A stretch of DNA of 46,121 bases from Candidatus Saccharibacteria bacterium CPR2 (lineage in GTDB: Bacteria > Patescibacteriota > Saccharimonadia > Saccharimonadales > QWHN01): contig QWHN01000004.1 in the NCBI GenBank assembly GCA_021404905.1, positions 1 through 46,121 of the forward strand, read 5' to 3'. This document shows, piece after piece, positions 34,535-43,997 of this stretch (its first letter is position 1; the number at the start of each line of letters is the position of its first letter). The notes beneath the pieces are model-generated. The model was not told where the DNA came from, did not search any database, and saw only the letters and a list, made by a program, of their open reading frames with translations. The translations under genes and the position numbers were made by a program.

Positions 34535-35566
34535 ATGGCTCAAACGATATACTTTTACAACGCGACGGATGAAGATGAGGAATTTTTCTCTCATGAACTT
34601 TCAGATCAGGAGAAATGGCATGTGCATTTTTCAGAGAAGTGTTTAAAAGAAATATGCGATCCGGCAGATTCCACCCCGCCCCAAGATACGACAATTTTGT
34701 GTGTTAATCACACCTCTAATGTTACTAAAGAGTTTATTGATACGTTACCCCAATTAAAAATGATTGCTACTCGGTCTACAGGTTTTAATCATATAGATCT
34801 GGATGCGGCTAAAGAAAAGGGCATTATAGTTACGAACGTGCCAACATACGGGGAGAACACGGTCGCGGAATTTGCTTTCTCTATTTTGCTGGCGCTTTCC
34901 AGGAAAATTAAACCGTGCATAGAAAGTGTTGATACGGGACAGGTGGATTATGGCCAGCTACGTGGGTTTGATCTAGCCGGCAAAACTATAGGGGTAATTG
35001 GTACTGGCAGGATAGGAGCGCACGTTATCAAGATCGCCAAAGGGTTTGAAATGGATGTTTTGGGTTATGACCCATATCCTAATGAAGAATTAAGGCAAAA
35101 ATATGAGTTTGAATATGTTGATTTGGACACGCTTCTAGGTAAATCGGATGTAGTGACGTTGCATGCGCCAAGCACCGAAGAAAACACGCATTTAATAAAC
35201 AAAAAGACTCTTGCCAAAATGAAAAATACTGCTGTTTTGGTCAACACCGCCAGAGGCGATTTAGTCGAAACTACTGATCTCATAGATGCACTAAAAGACG
35301 GAGTAATTGCCGGTGCGGCGCTGGATGTAATGGAGGGTGAAAATCTGTTGAATTTCGATGAAGAGGCGAACTTGATCCATTCCCAGGCCAAGACGCACGA
35401 ACTGCAGCTTGCGATAGAACACGAAATTTTAGAGAAAATGCCAAACGTCGTTTTAACCCCTCACAATGCTTTTAACACCGAAGGCGCCCTTGCCCGCATC
35501 CGCCAAACCAGTTTGGAAAACATACGAGCATTTGCCGATGGCAATCCTAAAAACATAGTCTCCTAA
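34535..35566 (+). CDS. D-isomer-specific 2-hydroxyacid dehydrogenase (D-lactate dehydrogenase-like)
   Basis: RSTGFNHID, TNVPTY, GVIGTGRIG, VNTARG, ALDV.EGE, LTPHNAF. Confidence 0.92.
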   Translation: MAQTIYFYNATDEDEEFFSHELSDQEKWHVHFSEKCLKEICDPADSTPPQDTTILCVNHTSNVTKEFIDTLPQLKMIATRSTGFNHIDLDAAKEKGIIVTNVPTYGENTVAEFAFSILLALSRKIKPCIESVDTGQVDYGQLRGFDLAGKTIGVIGTGRIGAHVIKIAKGFEMDVLGYDPYPNEELRQKYEFEYVDLDTLLGKSDVVTLHAPSTEENTHLINKKTLAKMKNTAVLVNTARGDLVETTDLIDALKDGVIAGAALDVMEGENLLNFDEEANLIHSQAKTHELQLAIEHEILEKMPNVVLTPHNAFNTEGALARIRQTSLENIRAFADGNPKNIVS

Positions 35567-35607
35567 AGAACGATACACAAATTTTCGCAGAAAGTTTTAT
35601 CTGTCAA

Positions 35608-35680
35608 TCAAGGACAGACCCTGTAAATAACAGAGGTATCCTATATTTCCAAGTATTTACAAGGACTGTCCTTGGAAATT
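35608..35680. repeat. REP-like cluster (19-mer TCAAGGACAGACCCTGTAA + family A palindrome)
   Basis: 19-mer at 35608-35626 is identical to 39896-39914; CAAGGAC-T-GTCCTTG at 35660-35674. Confidence 0.8.
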
Positions 35681-35753
35681 ACCTAGAAATTATATTAAAA
35701 GTATGCAGCAAATATTGTTAGATAACTCGTTGTTTTTGTCTTGATAGGTGTTG

Positions 35754-36875
35754 CTAATATGTATTTTGTTCAAACTTGGCATCAAATTGTTGTAATGTAG
35801 TTGCATCATAGGTCCCGTAGTCGCTATTAAGCTCAACCATATTAGCTCCCATGGTAGCTTCTGCCCAATTTAGAGTATTAATCCAGTTGCCGATCTTGTT
35901 GCTTGTTGCGGTTTGGAAAGTAATCGGAGCACCTTTCGATTTCATATGTGAATACATAACGGTGTAATTATCGCCAAGCGGGCTGGAAGTAGTGGATGCG
36001 TCCCGAATTGAATTATTAGCAAGAACGCAACGGTTCCCAAGAGTTTGTCGGCAATAGTCCATCAGTGAATTAGTAAAATTAACATCCATACTTACAGTGT
36101 TGTTGTCATTGATAGCTTGGTATGGATTAAGCGCTATACTACTTCGGGTATATTTATATATGCTATGAGCTGCAATCTGATCTTTTTGACACTGCTTGTC
36201 TTTTTCTAGCGTAAATCCTGCTGCATGTAGATTAGTAATATTTCTAGTATCGCTGGCGCCTCTAATGAGCGGTTCAGCATACACCGTCATACAGCCGTTT
36301 ATAGTAATATCGCGAACATAAGGGCTTCTATCAAACCACGCAGAAATCTTTTTATGTAGATCTGTGTACGCCCTTTTATAATTTGGAGTCCAAAAGCGGG
36401 GAATTTGATAAGATGGCTGTTTTGCATCCTCGGGTTCATAATAGGTGACTGGTGATCCATCTAGGTTTTTAACCCACGTTGGGCTTTTATCACCCGCAAA
36501 AATCCGTAGCTTAATCGTGGCCTTTTTTAATTTAGCGGCGTCAATAGCCGACTTGATTTTATCGGGCACAAATCCGCTTGCTGATGCAGGTTGCAAATCA
36601 CTCCAATTAATGTTTACAACATAGCTGTTGATGAAGCTAGTGTGGCTTGTAGGTGGGCCACTCCGCGTTGCGACACCTTGAATGGGTGGCTTAAGACTGG
36701 ATACTAAACCTGTTGCGGCAAAACTTCTTATTACCAGGTATCCCACCACTCCCGTAATTAGCATAATTATTGCAAGCTGCATTGGGCTAAAAGATCGCAT
36801 AATGCGTACTTTCAGCACTTTATTTTTAATATTTGCTAAAAATTTTTTATTTTTTCTGGATGTTGCTTTTCTCAT
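35754..36875 (-). CDS. Membrane-anchored extracellular glycoside-hydrolase-like protein (TIM-barrel, clan A-like)
   Basis: N-terminal basic region + TM; INWSDLQP, IKLRIFAG..SPTWV, IPRFWTP.Y..AY, GCMTVYAEP; antisense to the glycolytic cluster. Confidence 0.6.
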   Translation of the reverse strand: MRKATSRKNKKFLANIKNKVLKVRIMRSFSPMQLAIIMLITGVVGYLVIRSFAATGLVSSLKPPIQGVATRSGPPTSHTSFINSYVVNINWSDLQPASASGFVPDKIKSAIDAAKLKKATIKLRIFAGDKSPTWVKNLDGSPVTYYEPEDAKQPSYQIPRFWTPNYKRAYTDLHKKISAWFDRSPYVRDITINGCMTVYAEPLIRGASDTRNITNLHAAGFTLEKDKQCQKDQIAAHSIYKYTRSSIALNPYQAINDNNTVSMDVNFTNSLMDYCRQTLGNRCVLANNSIRDASTTSSPLGDNYTVMYSHMKSKGAPITFQTATSNKIGNWINTLNWAEATMGANMVELNSDYGTYDATTLQQFDAKFEQNTY

Positions 36876-36960
36876 AACGGCCTTCGTTTATATTAATGAA
36901 CTTATTTAATCACAAGCGTATTGTAGTTGATTGAACTGTATCTGCATAGATGATAGGGGA

Positions 36961-37030
36961 ATTTCCAAGGACTGTCCTTGGAAATGAGAAACCTGTTCAT
37001 TTATTGCCCGATTTTTTGTCCGATCGGACA
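36961..37030. repeat. Family A palindrome + TGTCCGATCGGACA palindrome
   Basis: ATTTCCAAGGAC-T-GTCCTTGGAAAT (36961-36985, perfect) and a perfect 14-bp palindrome at 37017-37030. Confidence 0.85.
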
Positions 37031-37151
37031 TCAAAATGGGCAAGTTGGTGATTTGTAATTTAGGGGGATTTTAATGATAAATCCATTTACATTTATTAGT
37101 TTAAGCGTGATACAATTTTTAGTGAATAAAAACTAAAATAACGGTGGGATT

Positions 37152-39581
37152 ATGGATAAACAAAACGCTTGGATTTTGTGGCTGGATCAACTGAGTAATG
37201 ATGATGTGGGCCTTGTTGGTGGCAAAAACGCGTCACTCGGCGAGATGTACACCCAATTAACACCTAAAGGCATCAAAATCCCAAACGCTTTTGTTGTCAC
37301 CTCAAACGGATACAAGCACTTCGTGCAAACGACTGGTTTGGCGGAAAAAATAAAGTCTGAACTGGCCGAACTTAAAATAGAAGACGTTCATTCGCTTCAA
37401 GAAACTGGCAAGAGTATAAGGGAGGCCTTTCTAAGTGTAAATTTTCCGGAAGATTTGGCGGCTCAAGTACGTGAAAATTATCGACATCTTTGCAATGATG
37501 CTGGAGTGGAAAACATCGACACCGCCGTGCGTTCAAGCGCGACCGCGGAAGATTTGCCTGGAGCATCTTTCGCGGGTGAGCACGAAACATTTTTAAATGT
37601 ATCTGGCGATGAAAATGTTTTAAACGCCATAAAAGGTTGTTTCGCGTCGCTTTTTACAGACAGAGCAATTTCTTATCGCGTAGACAAGGGTTTTGACCAC
37701 CTTGACATTTATCTATCTGTTGGAATTCAACGCATGGTTCATTCCGATCGTGCTTCTAGTGGGGTAATGTTTTCTCTTGATACAGAGAGTGGTTTTCGTG
37801 ACGTGGTTCAAATTACTAGCGCATGGGGACTAGGAGAAATGGTTGTTCAGGGCAAGGTTGTGCCAGATGAATTTATGGTTTATAAACCGTCACTAAAGCG
37901 CACTTTGCCGGGAATAATTAAGAAAAATCTTGGGCCCAAAGCAACGAAAATGATTTACGATACGTCCGAAAACGCCGAGCGTCCGGTGAAAGAAGTGGAT
38001 GTTCCAGCGGAAGATAGAAAGAAGTTTTCCATTTCAGACGATGAGGTTTTGACTCTAGCGCGTTGGGCGGTGGCAATTGAAGACCACTACACCGAACGTG
38101 CCGGCAAAGATATGCCAATGGATATGGAATGGGCAAAAGACGGTGTTAGTGGAGAGCTTTATATTGTCCAGGCTAGACCCGAGACGGTTCAGGCAGAAAA
38201 GAAAGGCTTTATCCACGAAGAATATCAGCTTCAGGAAACCGGCGAGATAATATCTGAAGGCATTTCGGTTGGAACGAAAATAGCTACCGGCAAAGCAAAA
38301 ATTATTCTCTCTACGGGACACCTGGACGAATTTAACGAAGGTGAAATTTTGTTCACCGAAATTACTGACCCCGACTGGGAACCAATAATGAAAAAAGCTT
38401 CGGCAATTGTGACTGAAAAAGGCGGGCGCACATCGCACGCAGCGATTGTCTCGCGCGAGCTTGGAATTCCGGCGGTGGTTGGCGCTGAGGGTGTTCTGGA
38501 TAAGATAAAAACCGGTGATGAAGTAACCATCGATACGTCTTCAGGTGATGTTGGCAAAATATATTCGGGAACATTGAAGTTTGACAAAAAAGTTTATGAG
38601 CTTAATAAAATTCCAGAGATTAAGACCAAAATAGCCATGAATATCGGCACTCCAGACGGCGCGTTTATGCATTCCAAGCTGCCCCATAAAGGCGTGGGGC
38701 TAGCGAGAGAAGAATTTATTATTGCTTCCCAGATACAGGTACATCCAAATGCATTAATAAATTATGAAACTTTAGAAAATGAAGAATTAAAACGAAAAAT
38801 TGACGATATTACCACTGGTTACGAAAGTAAAACGGATTTTTACGTTCACAAACTTGCTCAAGGAATAGCCCAAATTGGGGCGGCTTTCGCGCCCGAGCAA
38901 GTAATAGTTAGATTTTCAGATTTTAAAACCAATGAGTATCGTGCCTTGCTTGGTGGAGATTTATACGAGCCGAAAGAAGAAAATCCAATGCTTGGTTGGC
39001 GGGGTGCGTCGCGTTACTATCACAAAGATTTTAAAGATGCTTTCAAGCTGGAATGCCAGGCGATAAAGATTGTCCGCGAGGAGTTTGGGTTGACCAATGT
39101 TCAAGTAATGGTGCCGTTTTGCAGGACTCCCGAAGAAGGCAAAAAAGTCGTTGAGGTGGTAGAAGAAGCCGGGCTAAAACGCGGCGATGGTGAGCATGGG
39201 CTCAAAATATACGTTATGTGCGAGATTCCAACCAATGTAATTCGCGCGGATGATTTCCTGGAAATATTTGATGGGTTTTCTATTGGTTCAAATGATTTAG
39301 CGCAATTAACTCTTGGGATGGATAGGGACTCGAGTGTAATTTCTGGTATTTCTAATGAAAATGACAAAGCTGTAAAGTCACTAGTTTCTAGAGCCATAAA
39401 AATTTGTCATGAAAAAGGCAAATACATTGGTTTTTGTGGACAAGCACCATCAGATTATCCGGAATTCTTTAGATTTTTAGTAAGCCAAGGCATAGACACA
39501 ATTTCGCTCAATCCAGATTCAGTGATTCCGATGATACTTGAGGCAGAGAAGGTTGAGGCCCAGATTGGCAATAACGAGTAA
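37152..39581 (+). CDS. ppsA: Phosphoenolpyruvate synthase
   Basis: VGGKNASLGEM, AVRSSATAEDLP.ASFAG, QARPETV, GGRTSHAAI (phospho-His), EENPMLGWRGA, FSIGSNDL, FCGQAPSDYP. Confidence 0.97.
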   Translation: MDKQNAWILWLDQLSNDDVGLVGGKNASLGEMYTQLTPKGIKIPNAFVVTSNGYKHFVQTTGLAEKIKSELAELKIEDVHSLQETGKSIREAFLSVNFPEDLAAQVRENYRHLCNDAGVENIDTAVRSSATAEDLPGASFAGEHETFLNVSGDENVLNAIKGCFASLFTDRAISYRVDKGFDHLDIYLSVGIQRMVHSDRASSGVMFSLDTESGFRDVVQITSAWGLGEMVVQGKVVPDEFMVYKPSLKRTLPGIIKKNLGPKATKMIYDTSENAERPVKEVDVPAEDRKKFSISDDEVLTLARWAVAIEDHYTERAGKDMPMDMEWAKDGVSGELYIVQARPETVQAEKKGFIHEEYQLQETGEIISEGISVGTKIATGKAKIILSTGHLDEFNEGEILFTEITDPDWEPIMKKASAIVTEKGGRTSHAAIVSRELGIPAVVGAEGVLDKIKTGDEVTIDTSSGDVGKIYSGTLKFDKKVYELNKIPEIKTKIAMNIGTPDGAFMHSKLPHKGVGLAREEFIIASQIQVHPNALINYETLENEELKRKIDDITTGYESKTDFYVHKLAQGIAQIGAAFAPEQVIVRFSDFKTNEYRALLGGDLYEPKEENPMLGWRGASRYYHKDFKDAFKLECQAIKIVREEFGLTNVQVMVPFCRTPEEGKKVVEVVEEAGLKRGDGEHGLKIYVMCEIPTNVIRADDFLEIFDGFSIGSNDLAQLTLGMDRDSSVISGISNENDKAVKSLVSRAIKICHEKGKYIGFCGQAPSDYPEFFRFLVSQGIDTISLNPDSVIPMILEAEKVEAQIGNNE

Positions 39582-39602
39582 AGCTGACGCTTTAAGAGAT
39601 TA

Positions 39603-39712
39603 GCAAAACTTGCGTTTTGCATTTTCTCTCTTCTTTTGTACCGACACTCCCAAGTTAAAAGTCTTCGACTTTTTGAACTTCATACTTTTTCTCATCAGCA
39701 AGAAAAAGTATG
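39603..39712. repeat. Cluster of three AT-rich hairpins after ppsA (first is terminator-like)
   Basis: GCAAAAC/GTTTTGC (39603-39620), AAAAGTC/GACTTTT (39657-39673), CATACTTTTTCT/AGAAAAAGTATG (39681-39712). Confidence 0.6.
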
Positions 39713-39932
39713 CAAAAAGTGCCGCCCCGATCAAAAACATGCCTTATACTTCAGTCTCGCCAAAAACAGACTGTGATTTGCGGAACGACCCTAAAGGGTT
39801 CGCCCTCGCTAACACTCGGGTGGTCCTCACCCCAATCTGTTTTGGCTCAACTTCCGCAAAGGTGTTTTTGAGAAGGGATAAATAATGAAGGATCTTCAAG
39901 GACAGACCCTGTAATTACCAACTGATTATGGA

Positions 39933-40235
39933 CTACATATCGAAGTCACCCATAATTTCATCAAGTTTGGTGCGTAGTTCTTCCTCAGTTTTTGGCAAAC
40001 CAGCTAAAGTTTTTCCAATTATATCTGCATCGAAATGGTCTGGCCAAACCTCTGGCGGGATAGGGTTCTCTACCCACGGCCCGACTCTAATTGCTAGGGG
40101 ATCATACCAATCATCCTCTGTAGACGGTCGTTCTTCTTTATTGTCGCTAAAGGTGTTCATAGCAGTTTGAGCGATTTTCTTAATAATTTGCTTTGGGAAA
40201 AACTCTTTTGCTTCTGGCTTGTCCAATTCAAACAT
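39933..40235 (-). CDS. Small acidic hypothetical protein
   Basis: 100-aa ORF with ATG, antisense to its neighbours, bounded by REP-like repeats. Confidence 0.55.
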   Translation of the reverse strand: MFELDKPEAKEFFPKQIIKKIAQTAMNTFSDNKEERPSTEDDWYDPLAIRVGPWVENPIPPEVWPDHFDADIIGKTLAGLPKTEEELRTKLDEIMGDFDM

Positions 40236-40410
40236 TTAGGGTTATACTCCATTTTCATTTTAGCATAGATGTTACTGTTAATATTTTGTATTAGTCCGTT
40301 AGTCATAACATATTGGATTACCAATGATTTAATCAGAGTATGTCAAGCAAGGTTTCTAAAAAGTTTTTGGCCTGAAACAAACACGTCAAAGTAACAACTG
40401 CAAGCTTTGC

Positions 40411-40497
40411 TTTCCAAGTTCCGTCCAAGGACAGTCCTTGGAAATAGATAACGAGACAATCTCCACACTTATGTGTCCGATCGGACATATAAGTGTG
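40411..40497. repeat. Family A palindrome + extended TGTCCGATCGGACA palindrome
   Basis: CCAAGGAC-A-GTCCTTGG (40425-40441); CACACTTATGTGTCCGA/TCGGACATATAAGTGTG (40464-40497), 17-bp arms with one mismatch. Confidence 0.85.
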
Positions 40498-40923
40498 TAT
40501 GGTTAATTGCTTTTTCTTTGTAAGCATTTGGGACAATCCTATCTCGAAAACACTTTTTGTATAAGTTGCGGTAAAAACAAATTGCTTCCAAGACCTACTA
40601 TTTTTTGCCAGACTCTGAAAGTTCCCATCGTCGCTAAAGCTATGGTGGGCAGGCCTGATGAAAAGAATGTCAAAATAACAATAATTGCGTAAGTGTGTCT
40701 GAGCACTACTTAGCTTTAGCGAAGGAGGGCGAGTTCGCTGAAGCATTGTTATTATGACAATGAAATAATCAAGAACTGGAAGCGTCTGTCGGCTTTGGAC
40801 TCAGGCGTTTGCCGAAACAAATGGTGGCAAATAAATCAAATCGGTAGATTTGACAACCTCATTGTCGGAGACAAATCCCTCCTCTTTTGGTATCATTACA
40901 AAGACTTTTCGAGTAAAAAAAAT

Positions 40924-42117
40924 ATGTTTCACAAAAAAACCATTCGTGATGTTCCGATTGATAATAAATCTGTTTTAGTGCGGGTAGATTACAATGTTCC
41001 ACTGGAGGAAGACGGCACTATTGCTGATGATTTTCGAATCCGGCAATCTCTTGAAACGCTAAAGTATTTAATTAAACGGAAATGTAAAATTACTATTTGC
41101 TCGCATCTGGGTCGTCCGGAAGGCAAACCAGATAAAAAATATTCACTGGAACGAGTAGCCGAGCGTTTGCAAAAATTGATCGGTATTGAAGTTATTTTTG
41201 TAGACGAAGCAGTTGGCGACAGGGCATTTATCACCCGAAAAAAACAGACTACTAATGAAATCATTATGTTAGAAAATTTGAGATTTGACGCGCGAGAAGA
41301 AGGAAATGACGCGCATTTCGCCAAAGAACTGGTCAAAAATGCCGAGTATTTTGTGCAAGACGGTTTTGGAGTTGTGCACCGCGCACACGCGTCAACGGAC
41401 GCGATAACACATTATTTACCAGGTGTAGCAGGATTCTTGCTTGAAAAGGAAGTATCGACAATTTTAGGCGCCATGAAATCGCCCAAACATCCGGTAATAT
41501 CAATCGTTGGCGGTGCAAAAATAAAAGACAAAATCGACGTGATAAAAAACTTTATGAAAATATCTGAAACAGTAATAGTCGGCGGCGTGATGGCGAATAC
41601 TTTAATGGTGGCCAAGGGATATGGGGTTGGTAACAGTAAATATGAGGACGAAGAAATCCCCGAGGCAAATCACCTGCTCGAACATGCTGCAGAAAATGAT
41701 TGCGAGCTTTTTGTGCCGCACGAAGATGTCGCGGTGGGCGATAAATTTGATGAAACCGCTAAGCGGCGCGAAATAGATATAGAAGACGTTAAGTCGAATG
41801 ATATTATCATGGATTTTGGCCGCAAGACGATGGAGGAAGTTTGCCACAATATTTCAAACGCGCACACAGTATTTTGGAATGGCCCTCTCGGAGTAATCGA
41901 ATTTAAAAATTTTAACTGGGCGACCACAAAGCTTTCCGAATGCATTGCTGCCAATAATCACTTGACCAGTATCGTTGGCGGTGGAGATACCACTGGATTC
42001 ATTGATGAACTTGGCATGAGAGATAAATTTACTCATGTTTCCACCGGCGGAGGTGCCAGCTTGGAACTCATGGCAGGATACAAATTGCCTGGAATCGAAG
42101 CCCTTTTAGATTCTTAA
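40924..42117 (+). CDS. pgk: Phosphoglycerate kinase
   Basis: VRVDYNVP, DDFRI, SHLGRP, LENLRF, DGFGVVHRAHAS, GGAKI, FWNGPLG, GGGDT, STGGGASLE. Start trimmed to the ATG at 40924. Confidence 0.97.
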   Translation: MFHKKTIRDVPIDNKSVLVRVDYNVPLEEDGTIADDFRIRQSLETLKYLIKRKCKITICSHLGRPEGKPDKKYSLERVAERLQKLIGIEVIFVDEAVGDRAFITRKKQTTNEIIMLENLRFDAREEGNDAHFAKELVKNAEYFVQDGFGVVHRAHASTDAITHYLPGVAGFLLEKEVSTILGAMKSPKHPVISIVGGAKIKDKIDVIKNFMKISETVIVGGVMANTLMVAKGYGVGNSKYEDEEIPEANHLLEHAAENDCELFVPHEDVAVGDKFDETAKRREIDIEDVKSNDIIMDFGRKTMEEVCHNISNAHTVFWNGPLGVIEFKNFNWATTKLSECIAANNHLTSIVGGGDTTGFIDELGMRDKFTHVSTGGGASLELMAGYKLPGIEALLDS

Positions 42118-42150
42118 ATATTAGACAACAGGTTGGCAGGCTTTTCCTGA

Positions 42151-42173
42151 TTTGCAAGGAGGCTCCTTGCAAA
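42151..42173. repeat. Family A palindrome variant
   Basis: TTTGCAAGGAG-G-CTCCTTGCAAA, perfect 11-bp arms with the same CAAGGA-N3-TCCTTG core. Confidence 0.65.
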
Positions 42174-42299
42174 ATCGTTATGTTAATTGAAGATTGCCGA
42201 CATGTTTTTGATTACGCTGGCAGGTGATAATGACCAGTAGTTTTGCGCTTGGACCAAGCGTGATATTATAAAATGCATAAGCAGTATCGGATGGGATAA

Positions 42300-43067
42300 A
42301 TGCGTAAAAAAATAATTGCCGGAAATTGGAAAATGAACCTAAACGTCTCCCAAGGAAGTGTTTTGGTCCATAGGCTTCAGGAGAGAATCAAAACTACCAA
42401 AAACGTGGAGGTTATTTTGTGCCCAAGTTTTGTTTCCTTGCAACCTTTGTCTCTGCAAATCGATCGCCGTAAATTTAAGCTCGGCGCCCAGAACGCGTAC
42501 TTTGAAGACGAAGGCGCTTTTACGGGAGAAGTTTCTATTGCTATGCTCAGAGATTTGGCGAGCTATATTATCGTCGGTCACTCAGAAAGAAGGCATAAAT
42601 TTGGCGAAAATGACGACTTGATCGCAAAAAAGGTAGCCGCTTGCGTGCGCAATGATATCGCGCCGATTCTTTGCGTTGGCGAAACCGCCAGCGAAAGAGC
42701 CGCGAAAGAAACCAAGCAAACAGTTCACGACCAATTAAGCGTCGGTGTTCGCGACTTAACGTCTCAAAACATAAAGCATTTGGTAGTCGCTTACGAGCCA
42801 GTTTGGGCAATTGGCAGCGGCAGGTTGCCAAAGCCTCATGAAGTTGAAGAAGTAACTAGCCTAATCCGCAGCACGATAGCTCACATTTACGGCCAAAACG
42901 TCGCGGAGAAAATCCGAATTTTATACGGCGGAAGCGTTAACCCCGACATCACCAAAGGGTATTTAGAAATAGAGGGTATCGATGGCTTCTTGGTTGGAGG
43001 CGCCAGCCTAAATTATGAATATTTCTCAAGAATTGTAGCCACTGCACAAGAGCTGGAAGGTGAATAG
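42300..43067 (+). CDS. tpiA: Triosephosphate isomerase
   Basis: IAGNWKMN, GAFTGEVS, VGHSERR, AYEPVWAIG, LYGGSV, GFLVGGASL. Confidence 0.98.
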   Translation: MRKKIIAGNWKMNLNVSQGSVLVHRLQERIKTTKNVEVILCPSFVSLQPLSLQIDRRKFKLGAQNAYFEDEGAFTGEVSIAMLRDLASYIIVGHSERRHKFGENDDLIAKKVAACVRNDIAPILCVGETASERAAKETKQTVHDQLSVGVRDLTSQNIKHLVVAYEPVWAIGSGRLPKPHEVEEVTSLIRSTIAHIYGQNVAEKIRILYGGSVNPDITKGYLEIEGIDGFLVGGASLNYEYFSRIVATAQELEGE

Positions 43068-43968
43068 TCAAATGCCGAAAGATAATGACACTAATGAAAC
43101 CAAAATTTCAGTTAACGGCCAGACCGACGCGGCAGAGGCTAAAACTATTAAGGATTCCGGCAAGGATCCCAACGAACTTGTATCCGCTATAAACCATTCG
43201 GTTAGTGTTGCCGTTAAGTCCAAGTCTGAGGACTCTTCAAAAAAACTCTCGCCAAGAGCGGGCACCCGGCCATCACCGGGTCGTGTTTCGATCGACGGGA
43301 TCAGAGGGCCATCAAGACATTATTTGAGCCAGAAAGAATCAAAGCCTGAAAATGAAGCTCCAAAAAATGTAAATAACAATGATGCGGAGCCGAGCAAAGC
43401 TGAGGATGAGAAAAATGAATCACCGCGTGTTGGCAAAACTATTACCCCAGTAACAGATAACGATGACAAATCTCATGAGCACAAGGAGAAAACCGAGGAA
43501 CCTGAGATACAAGAAAACAAAAAAAATGAAAACACAGGAAGCGATTCTCCCAAAGACAACGCTCCTACAAATTTATATATGTATTCGAATCAAACCATTG
43601 GTGAAATCGCTTCGCAGCTTTCCGGCACAAAAAACCCAGAGGAGAGTCCTCAAAAGCCGGAGGAAAAAAATGTGGCTGCCGAGCAAAAACAAGCTGAGAC
43701 TAACGATGGTCAAGATCAAAAAGAAACTGACGAAAAAACTCCCGGTAAAACTGAGAAGAAAAATAAAAAAGAAACGCCAGAACTTCAAAATCCAAAAGTT
43801 TTTGACACCACGCAGTACCATTTGCCAATATCTGCCAAGCATCATAAAAAAGCCAGCTCAACTTCAACTGCTGTGGCTCTTATCTTCCTAATTATACTTG
43901 TTATAGCTGTTGGAGCTGGAATATACTTTCATTTTATTAAACTGGATTTTCTTAAAAATATTTTTTAA
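43060..43968 (+). CDS. Low-complexity acidic/polar protein with C-terminal TM anchor
   Basis: E/K/N/P/S-rich 302 aa; ends AVALIFLIILVIAVGAGIYFHF; overlaps the tpiA stop. Confidence 0.7.
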   Translation: MNSQMPKDNDTNETKISVNGQTDAAEAKTIKDSGKDPNELVSAINHSVSVAVKSKSEDSSKKLSPRAGTRPSPGRVSIDGIRGPSRHYLSQKESKPENEAPKNVNNNDAEPSKAEDEKNESPRVGKTITPVTDNDDKSHEHKEKTEEPEIQENKKNENTGSDSPKDNAPTNLYMYSNQTIGEIASQLSGTKNPEESPQKPEEKNVAAEQKQAETNDGQDQKETDEKTPGKTEKKNKKETPELQNPKVFDTTQYHLPISAKHHKKASSTSTAVALIFLIILVIAVGAGIYFHFIKLDFLKNIF

Positions 43969-43997
43969 GCGTTTTTTATCTGCTAAAATTAACCCCA

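Noticed and set aside
39610-39885. 91-aa ORF after ppsA
   Set aside because: TTG start, runs across a hairpin cluster, protein-unlike composition.
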